Assembly (NCBI GenBank): GCA_963842885.1
Contig: CAWJIE010000003.1
Coordinates: 160,001-224,000, forward strand
Length of the DNA: 64,000 nucleotides
Reading direction: 5' to 3'
Origin: an uncultured Nitrososphaerota archaeon
GTDB taxonomy: Archaea; Thermoproteota; Nitrososphaeria; Conexivisphaerales; DTJL01
In this document: one piece after another, positions 30,587-39,574 of the stretch
How positions within the stretch are numbered: the first letter of the stretch is position 1
How the letters are laid out: each line of letters begins with the position of its first letter
Position numbers and translations under genes: made by a program
Notes under the pieces: model-generated
Told to the model about the DNA's origin: nothing
Databases searched by the model: none
What the model saw: the letters and a program-made list of their open reading frames with translations, nothing else

Positions 30587-31213
30587 ATGGTGAAGAACAG
30601 GACGCTCGTTATTGGCTTATGTGTGCTCGTAGCGGCGTCTGCCTTGGCTTTTGGACTGCTAAGTCAGGAGTATCATCTAGTTGAGAATGCCTCGACACCG
30701 ATGGTCGTTCATTCTCCCGTACACGACGGTCTTGAGCTCACGGCTACGATTGAGCGAGAGGGACAGAACGTCAGCGTCATCGCCGAGGTTAACAATACGC
30801 TATCAACATACCTGCAAGTGAATTCAACTTCCATCGATAATCCTGCCTACGGACCCTGCCAGCAGGGTTTTGCCACGGGGGTAAGAGTCTACATGGGACA
30901 TTATTCGCTCAGCAATCTATCACAAGCTAAGGAACTCTTGCTCTATGACCCATCGTCGCAATACCGCTGCCCGGCATTCTTCACATTTCAGTATACCTTT
31001 TCACCAAATAGCGCAATGGCAACGGTACAAGCAACTCTAGGTGGCTATCAACAGAATGGATCTCGGCTTGTCAGTGAAACGTCGGTTGTCTCGGGTTATT
31101 GGGTCGGCTCTGGGCAGAGTTACATATTCCAGAGATTCCCAGCTGGAGAATATTCGGTTCTCGTCTTCGACGCGTGGGGAGACGAAGCAGTCGGATACTT
31201 CCAAGTCGCCTAG
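30587..31213 (+). CDS. Secreted/membrane-anchored hypothetical protein
   Basis: Signal-like N-terminus; two Cys; lower GC. Confidence 0.7.
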   Translation: MVKNRTLVIGLCVLVAASALAFGLLSQEYHLVENASTPMVVHSPVHDGLELTATIEREGQNVSVIAEVNNTLSTYLQVNSTSIDNPAYGPCQQGFATGVRVYMGHYSLSNLSQAKELLLYDPSSQYRCPAFFTFQYTFSPNSAMATVQATLGGYQQNGSRLVSETSVVSGYWVGSGQSYIFQRFPAGEYSVLVFDAWGDEAVGYFQVA

Positions 31214-31324
31214 TCTTTGCACCGCGAACTTGACCAAGCGCACCTACGCAACGGACTGAATTGAGGACATCGTAATTCCTTCCGGCATCAACAGATATCC
31301 AAATGCATCTTCCAGTGGCTCTCA

Positions 31325-31344
31325 TTCACAGGTCCGAGCCCATG
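31325..31344 (-). repeat. Border repeat copy E (degenerate)
   Basis: TTCACAGGTCCGAGCCCATG is 17/20 identical to the copy D core, same orientation. Confidence 0.6.
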
Positions 31345-31526
31345 TAATAGGGCCACTGCCTGAAACCGACTCCAGCCGAACCATAACAAGACTGGGTTTG
31401 TCTAAGGAGCCACTCCAATGCCTCCCCAAAAGCGACTAGTACTGTTTGCCTAAGCTACAGGTTGGGCAAACTTAAAAACCACCCACCTGAATGGCTAGGT
31501 GCATCAAGGATTTCGGTGAAACTCGT

Positions 31527-32198
31527 TTGTCTAAGCCAGATATCAACGTGGCGGACGAAGAGGGTAGCAGCGACAAGCTCATCACTACACAGCTGTCCGA
31601 GAAGACCCTGATATCCACTGGAATCAGGATCGGGACGACCGTGAAGACCAAGTACATGGAGGGCTACATCGCCCGCAGCAGGCCAGATGGCCTCCATCTC
31701 ATAGACATGAACAAGACACTCAACAGGATCGAGGTGGCGGGCAAGTTCATCGCTCGCTTTCCGGCCAACAGGGTCGTCATCTATACGTCCCGGGACTTCG
31801 GGAGGACACCCATTCAGAAGTTCTGCGAGGTCACAGGCTGCGTGGCGGTCACCGGCCGTTTCATGCCCGGCACCTTTACGAACCCCCAGCTCCCGGTCTA
31901 CAGGGACGCCGACCTCCTTCTGGTCGTCGACCCCGCCTTGGACCACCAGGCCATTATTGAAGCTTCAGCGACAGGCTTCCCCGTGATCTCCGTCGCCGAC
32001 ACCGACAACGTGACCGAGAAGGTTGACGTCGTGATCCCCGCCAACAACAGGGGCAGGAAGGCCCTCGCGGCTGTCTTCTGGCTCCTCGCGAGGTCCGTCC
32101 TCATACACTCCGGTGCTCTCGCAGCCGAGCAGCCAATGAAGTACTCCATCGACGACTTCGAAACGAAGCTGGTGGAGGAAGAGGAGAGTGAGGATTAG
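31527..32198 (+). CDS. rps2: 30S ribosomal protein S2 (uS2)
   Basis: GIRIGT, GRFMPGTFTNP, IPANNRGRKAL. Confidence 0.96.
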   Translation: MSKPDINVADEEGSSDKLITTQLSEKTLISTGIRIGTTVKTKYMEGYIARSRPDGLHLIDMNKTLNRIEVAGKFIARFPANRVVIYTSRDFGRTPIQKFCEVTGCVAVTGRFMPGTFTNPQLPVYRDADLLLVVDPALDHQAIIEASATGFPVISVADTDNVTEKVDVVIPANNRGRKALAAVFWLLARSVLIHSGALAAEQPMKYSIDDFETKLVEEEESED

Positions 32199-33031
32199 AA
32201 GGCCCGCCGTCGCAGGGCAGTTCTACTCCTCTGAATCCTACCAAGCTGAAATCCGAAATACGCCAAGCCTTCCTCAGCGCCCAGGGACCTGGAAGGCTAC
32301 CTCCTGGAGAATTTGAAGGCGATATCATAGCCACAGTGAACCCGCATGCCGGGTACGTCTATTCGGGCGGGTTCGCGTCCAATTCCTTCTACGCCCTCTC
32401 TTCGAAGAAGGGGGCCGACATCGCGGTGGTCCTCGGGCCCAACCACTACGGACTGGGGAGCGGCGTGGCGGCCCCCGAGAGCGAAGCCTGGGAGACGCCT
32501 CTCGGGAAAGTCGAGATAGACGTGCCGGCGGCGAGGAGGCTCCTCGTGGATTCCCACTTTGTGGACCTTGACGACGACGCCCACTTGAGGGAGCACAGCA
32601 TCGAGGTCCAAGTCCCGTTTCTGCAGTTCACCTTCGGTGCAGGGTTCAAGCTTCTGCCGATCAGCATGGCCCTCCAGGACATGTCGACCGCCATCGAGGT
32701 AGGGGACCAGGTTGGCCGCTTGCTCAGGGACAGGAACTACATCCTCATCGCTTCTTCTGACTTCACACACTATGAGCCGGCCTCGGAGGCGAAGGAGAAG
32801 GACGAAGAGGCCCTGGCGAGGATCCTTGATTTCGATACGGCCGGCCTCTATCGCGTCATCGAAAGGCGCAACCTTACCATGTGTGGGTATGGCCCCGTCG
32901 CGGCTGTGATGACGGCTGCGAAGCAGCTGGGAGCGGTGAAGGCCAAGCTGCTCAGGTACGGTTCAAGCGGAGATGTGACGGATGACTTCTCTTCCGTGGT
33001 GGGATACGCCTCCGTCGCCTTCTACAAGTGA
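32188..33031 (+). CDS. MEMO1/AmmeMemoRadiSam protein B (frameshift near 32227)
   Basis: RRPAVAGQFY, PHAGYVYSG, EHSIEVQ, SSDFTHY, MCGYGP. Confidence 0.92.
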
Positions 33032-33037
33032 ATCGGT

Positions 33038-33979
33038 TTGAAGTTCCACGCCAGAGCGCCTGGGAAGGTCATCCTCCTAGGCGAGCACTTCGTCGCGCAC
33101 GGGAACCCGGCCCTGGCGGCCGCCATCGACAGGGGGGTCGAGGCGGAGGCCGTGAGCAGCCCGGAGGACGTGGTCGTCTCGAAGGATCTGGGACTCGAGT
33201 GCGCCATACGGTCGCCTTCTGGGCAGCTGAAGCCGGTCGCCACGGCCCTTCTGAAGCTCATGGACCAAAGGAGCCTCAAGGGCATCAAGGTGACGATCAA
33301 CAGCTCCATTCCCCCGGCTGCTGGCCTGGGGTCGTCCGCGGCGTCTTCGGTGGCGGCCTTGGCCGCGGTGGGCGGCTTCTTCGGCGTAACGGTGAGCCAT
33401 GACACCCTCTTCGACCTGGGGATGATATCTGAAAGGATGGTCCACGGGAACCCTTCGGGGGTGGATGTCTACGTCGCGGTGCACGGCGGCCTCGTCTACT
33501 TCAAGGGCCGCAGCAGGAGGACCGTGGCGCTCAGACAACGGTATCCTGTGATGGTCTCATGCACGGGGATCGAGAGGAACAGGGGAGAGATGGTGGCACG
33601 CGTGGCCAAGTTCAAGGAGGCCACACCCTCCCTCTACAAGACACTGGCGAAGGCGTCCGAGAAGCTAGTGGAGGACTGCAGGAAGGCCCTCGAGAAAGGT
33701 GACGCCAGCGTGATCCCGGAGTCGATGAACTTCCATCATCAGGCGTCGAAGTCGATGGGGATCTCCAGTCCCGAACTGAACACCTTAATCAGAGAGGCGA
33801 GGCTGGCGGGTTTCGCGGGCGTCAAGCTCACGGGGGCCGGCGGCGGGGGGTGCATAATCGGATGGCCCGGGGTCGCCCCCTTCGAGGATTCGTTCGAAGG
33901 ATTCCACGCCAAACACCCAAATAGCTTCATGAGTTACATACCTTCGGAAGGCGTGACCACTTGGGAGACACCGTCGTAG
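33038..33979 (+). CDS. mvk: Mevalonate kinase (resident)
   Basis: APGKVILLGEH, GLGSSAA, HGNPSGVD, KLTGAGGGGC. Confidence 0.94.
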   Translation: MKFHARAPGKVILLGEHFVAHGNPALAAAIDRGVEAEAVSSPEDVVVSKDLGLECAIRSPSGQLKPVATALLKLMDQRSLKGIKVTINSSIPPAAGLGSSAASSVAALAAVGGFFGVTVSHDTLFDLGMISERMVHGNPSGVDVYVAVHGGLVYFKGRSRRTVALRQRYPVMVSCTGIERNRGEMVARVAKFKEATPSLYKTLAKASEKLVEDCRKALEKGDASVIPESMNFHHQASKSMGISSPELNTLIREARLAGFAGVKLTGAGGGGCIIGWPGVAPFEDSFEGFHAKHPNSFMSYIPSEGVTTWETPS

Positions 33980-34059
33980 TCAAGCTGGGCGGCTCCTTCA
34001 TCACGCAGAAGGACGGGCTCTTCACCTTCAGAGAGAAGGAAGTCAAAGAGGCAGTTTCA
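33761..34059 (+). repeat. Left 299-bp diverged direct repeat (mvk 3' end plus ipk 5' start)
   Basis: Ungapped alignment to 38608-38906 at offset 4847. Confidence 0.93.
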
Positions 34060-34062
34060 TAG
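33961..34062 (+). pseudogene. Truncated duplicate of the ipk 5' end
   Basis: MGDTVVVKLGGSFITQKDGLFTFREKEVKEAVS*. Confidence 0.88.
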
Positions 34063-34259
34063 GCCTTGAACTTGGGCGCCTTCAAGGCCTTGCCGGCGTA
34101 GAGGATCTTACCGCCCCTGATTACCAGCAGGCCATTTGCCACGATTGCCGTGTCAGCCATGGCCTTGCCTTTCCGCAGGTCGCCAGCCAGCATTGCCAAT
34201 TGGCCGATGTCCTTCACAACGAGGTCACAATCTTGTGTTGGCTTTTGATCTCCGCTCAG
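34060..34259 (-). pseudogene. N-terminal fragment of imidazolonepropionase (HutI)-like amidohydrolase
   Basis: DCDLVVKDIGQLAMLAG...IVANGLLVIRGGKILYAG, cut at the repeat junction. Confidence 0.65.
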
Positions 34260-34639
34260 GCCTTCTCGACTGTGCCTGCCTCTGCGTCGACCTTCAGCTT
34301 GTCGCCAGTCTTTATCTCGGAGATATCAATTCTGTCAACACAGGGTATCCCGCCGAGGATTACCCCTGTAGCTACGATGGTCTCCGTTTCCTTGTTGATG
34401 ATGGCTTTCGGCGCCACCTTGTTCGCCACCAATCCGTATATTACGTACGAGCCAACGGTCGAGCCCTTTCCGCAGGGGAAGACCAGTATCTTTCCCTTGA
34501 CGCTCTTTCCCTCCAATTCGTGGCCTTTCTCGATGACGACGCCCGTCTTGGGGTTCACGCAGCCATAGAATCCCAGCGGTTCCTTCGAGACGAGCGCCTC
34601 GCCCTCGACCTTACCGGGATAGATTGACCTTCCCTTCAT
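34256..34639 (-). CDS. Phosphomevalonate dehydratase small subunit (AcnX swivel, DUF126)
   Basis: GEALVS, GKILVFPCGKGSTVGSY. Confidence 0.92.
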   Translation of the reverse strand: MKGRSIYPGKVEGEALVSKEPLGFYGCVNPKTGVVIEKGHELEGKSVKGKILVFPCGKGSTVGSYVIYGLVANKVAPKAIINKETETIVATGVILGGIPCVDRIDISEIKTGDKLKVDAEAGTVEKA

Positions 34640-35823
34640 TCCGTCACCTCCTTCACTGAATCGTCGACGCTCTTGAACACCACGCTCTGCTTGCAGAAGC
34701 CAGGCAGATAGTTCGCAGCCTTTCCGGAGTTCACGCCTGTCGTCCCATAGCCCATGTCCTCGATGGGCGATACGACCATGCATGTATCCGCAACGACCCT
34801 ACCTCCGGCTTTCTCTATGGTATGAACAAGACCCATCCTGGCGGCGCAATCCTTCGTCATCCTCGATGTGCATATCCACAGCGGCTTCTTGACCTTCCGG
34901 CCCTTTAGCTTCTCAGCCAATTCGGTTATCTCGCGCAAGGACGCGTGCGGGCAACCGAGTATGACGATGTCGGCAACCTTTCCCGTGTTCAGCTTGGCAT
35001 AGGTCTCCTCCAGTTCTTTTTGGCCGATTTCGACCTTTTCCAGCCCGGCAGTCTCCCAGAGGTGTGCCTCGGGGGTCTGGTCTCTTACATGGTACATCGC
35101 GACCGCTCCCGAGGCGGCCATCGCAGCCCCCAACGCCTTCAACTTGTCCGTGTCCGACTCCGGCAGCCCGACGAAATAGGGGTTCTTATTCCTCACAATC
35201 TTACCAACGTGGTAACCCAGCGCACCGTAGTCCGCGCTCGATTTCAGCTCGGCTTTAACGTTAATCAGAAAGTCCGGCTTCCGGTTCGCGTCCAGGTGCA
35301 AACCGTAGTTGGGCGTGACGCCGCACAGAGCGGCAGCCAGTGCGCTCGGGCCGCCCTCGCGGTTCGTCCGGGCGCCGATGACGGAATTCGAGAATGCGAT
35401 GGCGGAAGATTCTGACCAGGCTATGTGTTCCCGGTACCTCGGCAGGTTGCCAGCGAGGTAGGGCGTGCAAGTAGCGCTCGTCACGATGCCCATCTTCCCG
35501 AAAGCGTCCATGATGCGGGTTTGCTTCTCCGCGAACGCCTTGGGTATGCCCATAGCTTTCCAGTCGTCCATGTCCATGCCTGCGGGGTTGAGGAAGGTGA
35601 CAACCTTCACTCTTGCACCCTTCTTTGCCAAGTCCTCCAGGAACTCCATGCCGGGGTCCTCGATGGACTTGTAGGATACGCCAGCCACCTGGACCGAGCC
35701 GACGGGCACCATCTTGTCTGCTCCATAGATGTCGCCGAGCCTGACGAGGAGGCGCAGCATCCTCTCCAAGACCTCGCCGTGCTCCCCTGCCAGCGTCTTT
35801 TCCTCTTCCTTGGTCAGATACAT
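34636..35823 (-). CDS. Phosphomevalonate dehydratase large subunit (aconitase X)
   Basis: MYLTKEEE, TCTPY, WSESSA, GARTNREG, GCPHAS, DTCMVV. Confidence 0.93.
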   Translation of the reverse strand: MYLTKEEEKTLAGEHGEVLERMLRLLVRLGDIYGADKMVPVGSVQVAGVSYKSIEDPGMEFLEDLAKKGARVKVVTFLNPAGMDMDDWKAMGIPKAFAEKQTRIMDAFGKMGIVTSATCTPYLAGNLPRYREHIAWSESSAIAFSNSVIGARTNREGGPSALAAALCGVTPNYGLHLDANRKPDFLINVKAELKSSADYGALGYHVGKIVRNKNPYFVGLPESDTDKLKALGAAMAASGAVAMYHVRDQTPEAHLWETAGLEKVEIGQKELEETYAKLNTGKVADIVILGCPHASLREITELAEKLKGRKVKKPLWICTSRMTKDCAARMGLVHTIEKAGGRVVADTCMVVSPIEDMGYGTTGVNSGKAANYLPGFCKQSVVFKSVDDSVKEVTE

Positions 35824-36131
35824 TCTATCAGCTCCTTCTAACTCGCAAACAGTAGTTCTATTTCATCCTTGCTTGCATTGTCCACGTGCACGCCGCCGAC
35901 GGCGGCCACGGTCCGACCGTACTTCTTGCTCGCTGCCTAGGCTATCGGTTTCAGAACCATATACTCATAATGGTTGCCCAGCTTGACGACGCGCGCTTTC
36001 TTCCCAGGCTCCATGACTATGGCAGTACCAACGTGGGACCTCTCCCTACCGCCGAGGATGTAGACCAAGTCCTCGCCGACCTTCTCCTTCCTGAGCCAGA
36101 CCTTGCACTTCCCCTTACCGTAGGTATTCAT
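35815..36131 (-). pseudogene. LpdD-like (prFMN chaperone-like) protein with two in-frame TAG codons
   Basis: ...GGRERSHVG...KPIA*AASKKYGRTVAAVGGVHVDNASKDEIELLFAS*KELIECI*. Confidence 0.6.
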
Positions 36132-37428
36132 CGAGGTTCACGCTAGAATACTTGACCTTGTCGTATTCCTTTGGCCCGACTTCAAGCGGCATCGTCGCAT
36201 CGATGCCGACCTTAGCTGTCAGCGCCTTCTTGCCAGAATGGTCCGCAGACGGGTCCAGCGAGGAGCCGGGCTCCTTCTCCTTAATGACGAGCCTCTTGTC
36301 ACCCTGGAACCTCGTGGCGATTGCCCACTCGACGGCGTTCATATCGTAAATGTCAACATCATCGTCGATTATCACGACGTGCTTCATTGATTTGTGGCCC
36401 CTGAAGGCAGCCTCGATGGCGTTCTTGCCGTCCTCTGGCTTCTCCTTCTCTATCTGGACGATGCCGTGCAGCCATGAACCTCCTCCGATGGTGATGAGGA
36501 CGTTCTTGCACTTGCAGACCTTGCTCACTTCGTCGTAAATCGTGGGCTCCTTCGGCATGCCCATCAGTATCTTGTGCTCCAACCTGCCAGGCAGTAAGCA
36601 TTGGTACATCGCGTCCTTCCTGTGCGTTATGCAGTCGACGACGAATACCGGCTCCTTCCTCTCGAAGTCGCGCATCTCTGTCAGGTCGACGAATGGCCCC
36701 TCCTTGTCCACGTCTTTCGTGAGCCGCCCCTCGAGGACGAACTCCGACTCAGCCGGGACTTCCAGATCCTTCGTCACACACTTGACCAGCTTCGTTTCGT
36801 CAAGGGCGTTGGCGATTGCCAGCTCGTCGACTCCCGGCGGCGGCCCGAGCGACGCCGCGACCATCACGGGAACAGAGCTTCCGATGCATACCGCCATCTC
36901 CAAATCCCCCTGCAGCTTATCGTAGGTCGTCCTGGTCTGGCGCCCGGGTACAAGCCTCGCCGTGAACTTGTTCTTGCCGTGGAACATCAGCCTATGGTAG
37001 GCCATGTTGCGCCCCGTCTCCGGGTCCTTTATGATTGCGCATGTCGCCGTCGCGTACGGCCCGCCATCCCCTGGCAAGTGCGTCAGCAGCGGCAGCATCG
37101 AGAGGTCGGGATCCTTGACGACGACTTCCTGGCATGGCCCCTCGCTCGCCACCTCCGGAGGCACTGGCTTGCGCAGAGCCTCTACGAGCCTGAAGAGCAT
37201 CCTATCCTTTGTAGTGTCGAGCCCCTCAGCGATGATATCCCTCGACGAAGTGATGCCGCCGAAGACCGGGAATCTGCTGCCCTGGACCTTCTCGAAAATC
37301 GCGGGCTTCTCGCCCATCGTGTTCAGGACGTTGCCCAGCTCGAACTGCAGGCTCACCTCCCTGCTTATCCTGGTCAGCTTTCCCTCCGACTCCAGCCTCT
37401 TGAGGAAACTCCTTAGATTCATTTTCAC
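36115..37428 (-). CDS. UbiD-family decarboxylase (probable anhydromevalonate phosphate decarboxylase)
   Basis: NMAYHR, EGPFVD, EH, DDDVDI, WAIATR, SSLDPS; next to AcnX genes. Confidence 0.9.
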   Translation of the reverse strand: MKMNLRSFLKRLESEGKLTRISREVSLQFELGNVLNTMGEKPAIFEKVQGSRFPVFGGITSSRDIIAEGLDTTKDRMLFRLVEALRKPVPPEVASEGPCQEVVVKDPDLSMLPLLTHLPGDGGPYATATCAIIKDPETGRNMAYHRLMFHGKNKFTARLVPGRQTRTTYDKLQGDLEMAVCIGSSVPVMVAASLGPPPGVDELAIANALDETKLVKCVTKDLEVPAESEFVLEGRLTKDVDKEGPFVDLTEMRDFERKEPVFVVDCITHRKDAMYQCLLPGRLEHKILMGMPKEPTIYDEVSKVCKCKNVLITIGGGSWLHGIVQIEKEKPEDGKNAIEAAFRGHKSMKHVVIIDDDVDIYDMNAVEWAIATRFQGDKRLVIKEKEPGSSLDPSADHSGKKALTAKVGIDATMPLEVGPKEYDKVKYSSVNLDEYLR

Positions 37429-38405
37429 ACCCCTATCGTCGTCTTCAAAGCCTTAAATCCTGCCTTCTCCATCGCTGCGGCGACCTTCTCCTGGGTCGCC
37501 TTCTCCGGCGTCAGCGCCACCATGTATCCACCGAGCCCACCGCCGGTCATCTTCGCCCCCGCGGCCCCGTTCTTCCGCGCTATCCCGACGAGCTCGTCCA
37601 GCATCGGATGCGAGACCTCAATCTGCTGCAGAAGTGAGTGGTTCTCGTCCATGAGCCGCCCAACCTCAGCGACGTCGTACCTGTCGAGCGCTGCGCGCGC
37701 CTTGCCCGCCAACTCGAGGGCCTTCGCGAAGATAGCCTCGTATTTCTCAGGCTGCTCGGCCTTGCGCTTCCTCACGCCAGCAACCGCGGCCTCGGTGTTC
37801 GTTGTCAGAAGGGTGTTGCCCATAACGATGCACAGCGGCTCCTTGATCTTCAGCTGCTCCATCGTATTCGGCCTTCCTTGGAGGTTCTTGGCAAACCATA
37901 GAAGGCCGCCGTAGGTCGAAGCGGTGTTGTCTATGCCAGAAGGCGTCCCAGCGTAGGCGCTGTCGCCGATGAATGCTATCTCGTTGATTTTCTTATCGTC
38001 GAAATCGAGTTTGAACTCTTCGTTTAGGGCTCTCGCCACCGAAACGCAAACAGCGGCGCTCGCCCCCACTCCGCCGACGGCGATGAGGTCGCCCCCCAGA
38101 AGAATCTTAACAGGATTCTTCCTCGGGTCGACGCCCGCAGCCTGGAACACCAATTCTATTGACTTCTTCTGCTGAGGGAACTTCTCCGCCTTGTAGCCCG
38201 GATTCGCGGGCCTTTCATCTTCCATCACCCACCCATCGCCTGCCATGGAGCCCTCCTTGCCGGAAGGAGCTGGTAGCTGTCCTTTCACGCGCTCAACGGT
38301 AGCCACGGTAGTCGAGTTTATGGCTGAGGCGATGGACGGTATGCCGTAGACCACGAAATGCTCGTTGAACAAGATGACCTTGCCGTATCCAGAGCCTTTA
38401 CCCAT
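37425..38405 (-). CDS. mvk: Second mevalonate kinase (cassette-borne)
   Basis: GKVILFNEHFVVYG, GVGASAA, GTPSGIDN, GAKMTGGGLGG; SD GGAGG. Confidence 0.88.
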   Translation of the reverse strand: MGKGSGYGKVILFNEHFVVYGIPSIASAINSTTVATVERVKGQLPAPSGKEGSMAGDGWVMEDERPANPGYKAEKFPQQKKSIELVFQAAGVDPRKNPVKILLGGDLIAVGGVGASAAVCVSVARALNEEFKLDFDDKKINEIAFIGDSAYAGTPSGIDNTASTYGGLLWFAKNLQGRPNTMEQLKIKEPLCIVMGNTLLTTNTEAAVAGVRKRKAEQPEKYEAIFAKALELAGKARAALDRYDVAEVGRLMDENHSLLQQIEVSHPMLDELVGIARKNGAAGAKMTGGGLGGYMVALTPEKATQEKVAAAMEKAGFKALKTTIGV

Positions 38406-38607
38406 TCTCGACCCCTCCAGCGCGCTACCCCTCCGCCGACCCGTTCGGAAGGCGCTACGCGGGGCACGGTGGCATATCGTCGAGCTCGATAAAAACGTTA
38501 TTGCGAGGGACCAGCGCCACTTTCCCCTCAGGTGGTCTTCCAGCCTCTTCCGCTCGTCCATCGTGAAGATGACCCCACGGTGGGGGCAGCGCACCGACTC
38601 GGCGACA

Positions 38608-38906
38608 ATCTCCTCTCCCGAACTGGACTCCCTGGTCAAGGAAGCGAGGTTGGCCGGCTTCGCGGGGGCCAAGCTGACCGGCGCCGGCCGAGGGGGATGC
38701 ATGATCGGCTGGCCGGGGACGGGCCTCTGGGAAGCCGCCTTCGAGGGCTTCCGCTCCAAACACCCAAATAGCTTCATCAGTTACATACCTTCGGAAGGCG
38801 TGACCACTTGGGAGACACCGTCGTAGTCAAGCTGGGCGGCTCCTTCATCACGCAGAAGGACAGGCTCTTCACATTCAGGGAGAAGGAAGTCAAGGAGGCG
38901 GTCTCG
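38608..38906 (+). repeat. Right 299-bp direct repeat (orphan mvk 3' end plus ipk start)
   Basis: ISSPELDSLVKEARLAG...WETPS versus ISSPELNTLIREARLAG...WETPS. Confidence 0.93.
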
Positions 38907-39568
38907 GCCATGAAGGGAACGGGCTGTGACTTCGCCATCGTCCACGGCGGAGGCTCCTTCGGGCACCCCGTGGCCAAGAGGTTCGGCCTTTCGGGGAGCA
39001 CATTCAGCAAGTCGTCCGCCGGGGTGTCGGAGACCAGGCTGGCCATGCACAACCTCTCGTACCTTCTCTACATCCAGCTCGGGACCGCGGGATTCAAACC
39101 CTACCTCATCAACTCGTCTTCGCTCATCAGGATGGACGGGGGTCCCCTTGCCGGATACTCCACATTGCTGGCGGAGATTGGTGAGGACGGGGCTGACGCC
39201 TCTCACGCACGGCGACGTCCAGCTCTTCTACGAAGGTTACAGGATAGTCAGCGGCGACCATCTGGCGTATCTTTTCTGTAAGGCCCTGAAGCCTTCCAGG
39301 ATGGTGTACGTGTTCGACCAGCCGGGGATACTCAGAGACGGCGGGGGACCCGGCGAGCGTCATCAGGGAGCTTACGGTCGCCCAAGCGAAGGAGCTCCGT
39401 TTCGAAGGGGCCGAAGACGCGACGGGGGGACTTGCGACGAAAATCAAGACCGCCTGTGAAATCGCTTCGCTGGGAGTCGAAACATGCTTCGTGAGCGGGT
39501 TTGACAGAGATGGCCTTATTAGAGCCCTGACTGGTGAGAAGTTCTCGGGGACTGTTCTCAAGGGGTAG
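38808..39568 (+). CDS. ipk: Isopentenyl phosphate kinase (two frameshifts, near 39175 and 39345)
   Basis: KLGGSFIT, HGGGSFGH, SGD, DATGG. Confidence 0.92.
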
Positions 39569-39574
39569 TTTGGG

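Noticed and set aside
38406-38777. 450-aa extended mevalonate kinase
   Set aside because: SD and ATG at 38405; the extension crosses the promoter and the antisense repeat
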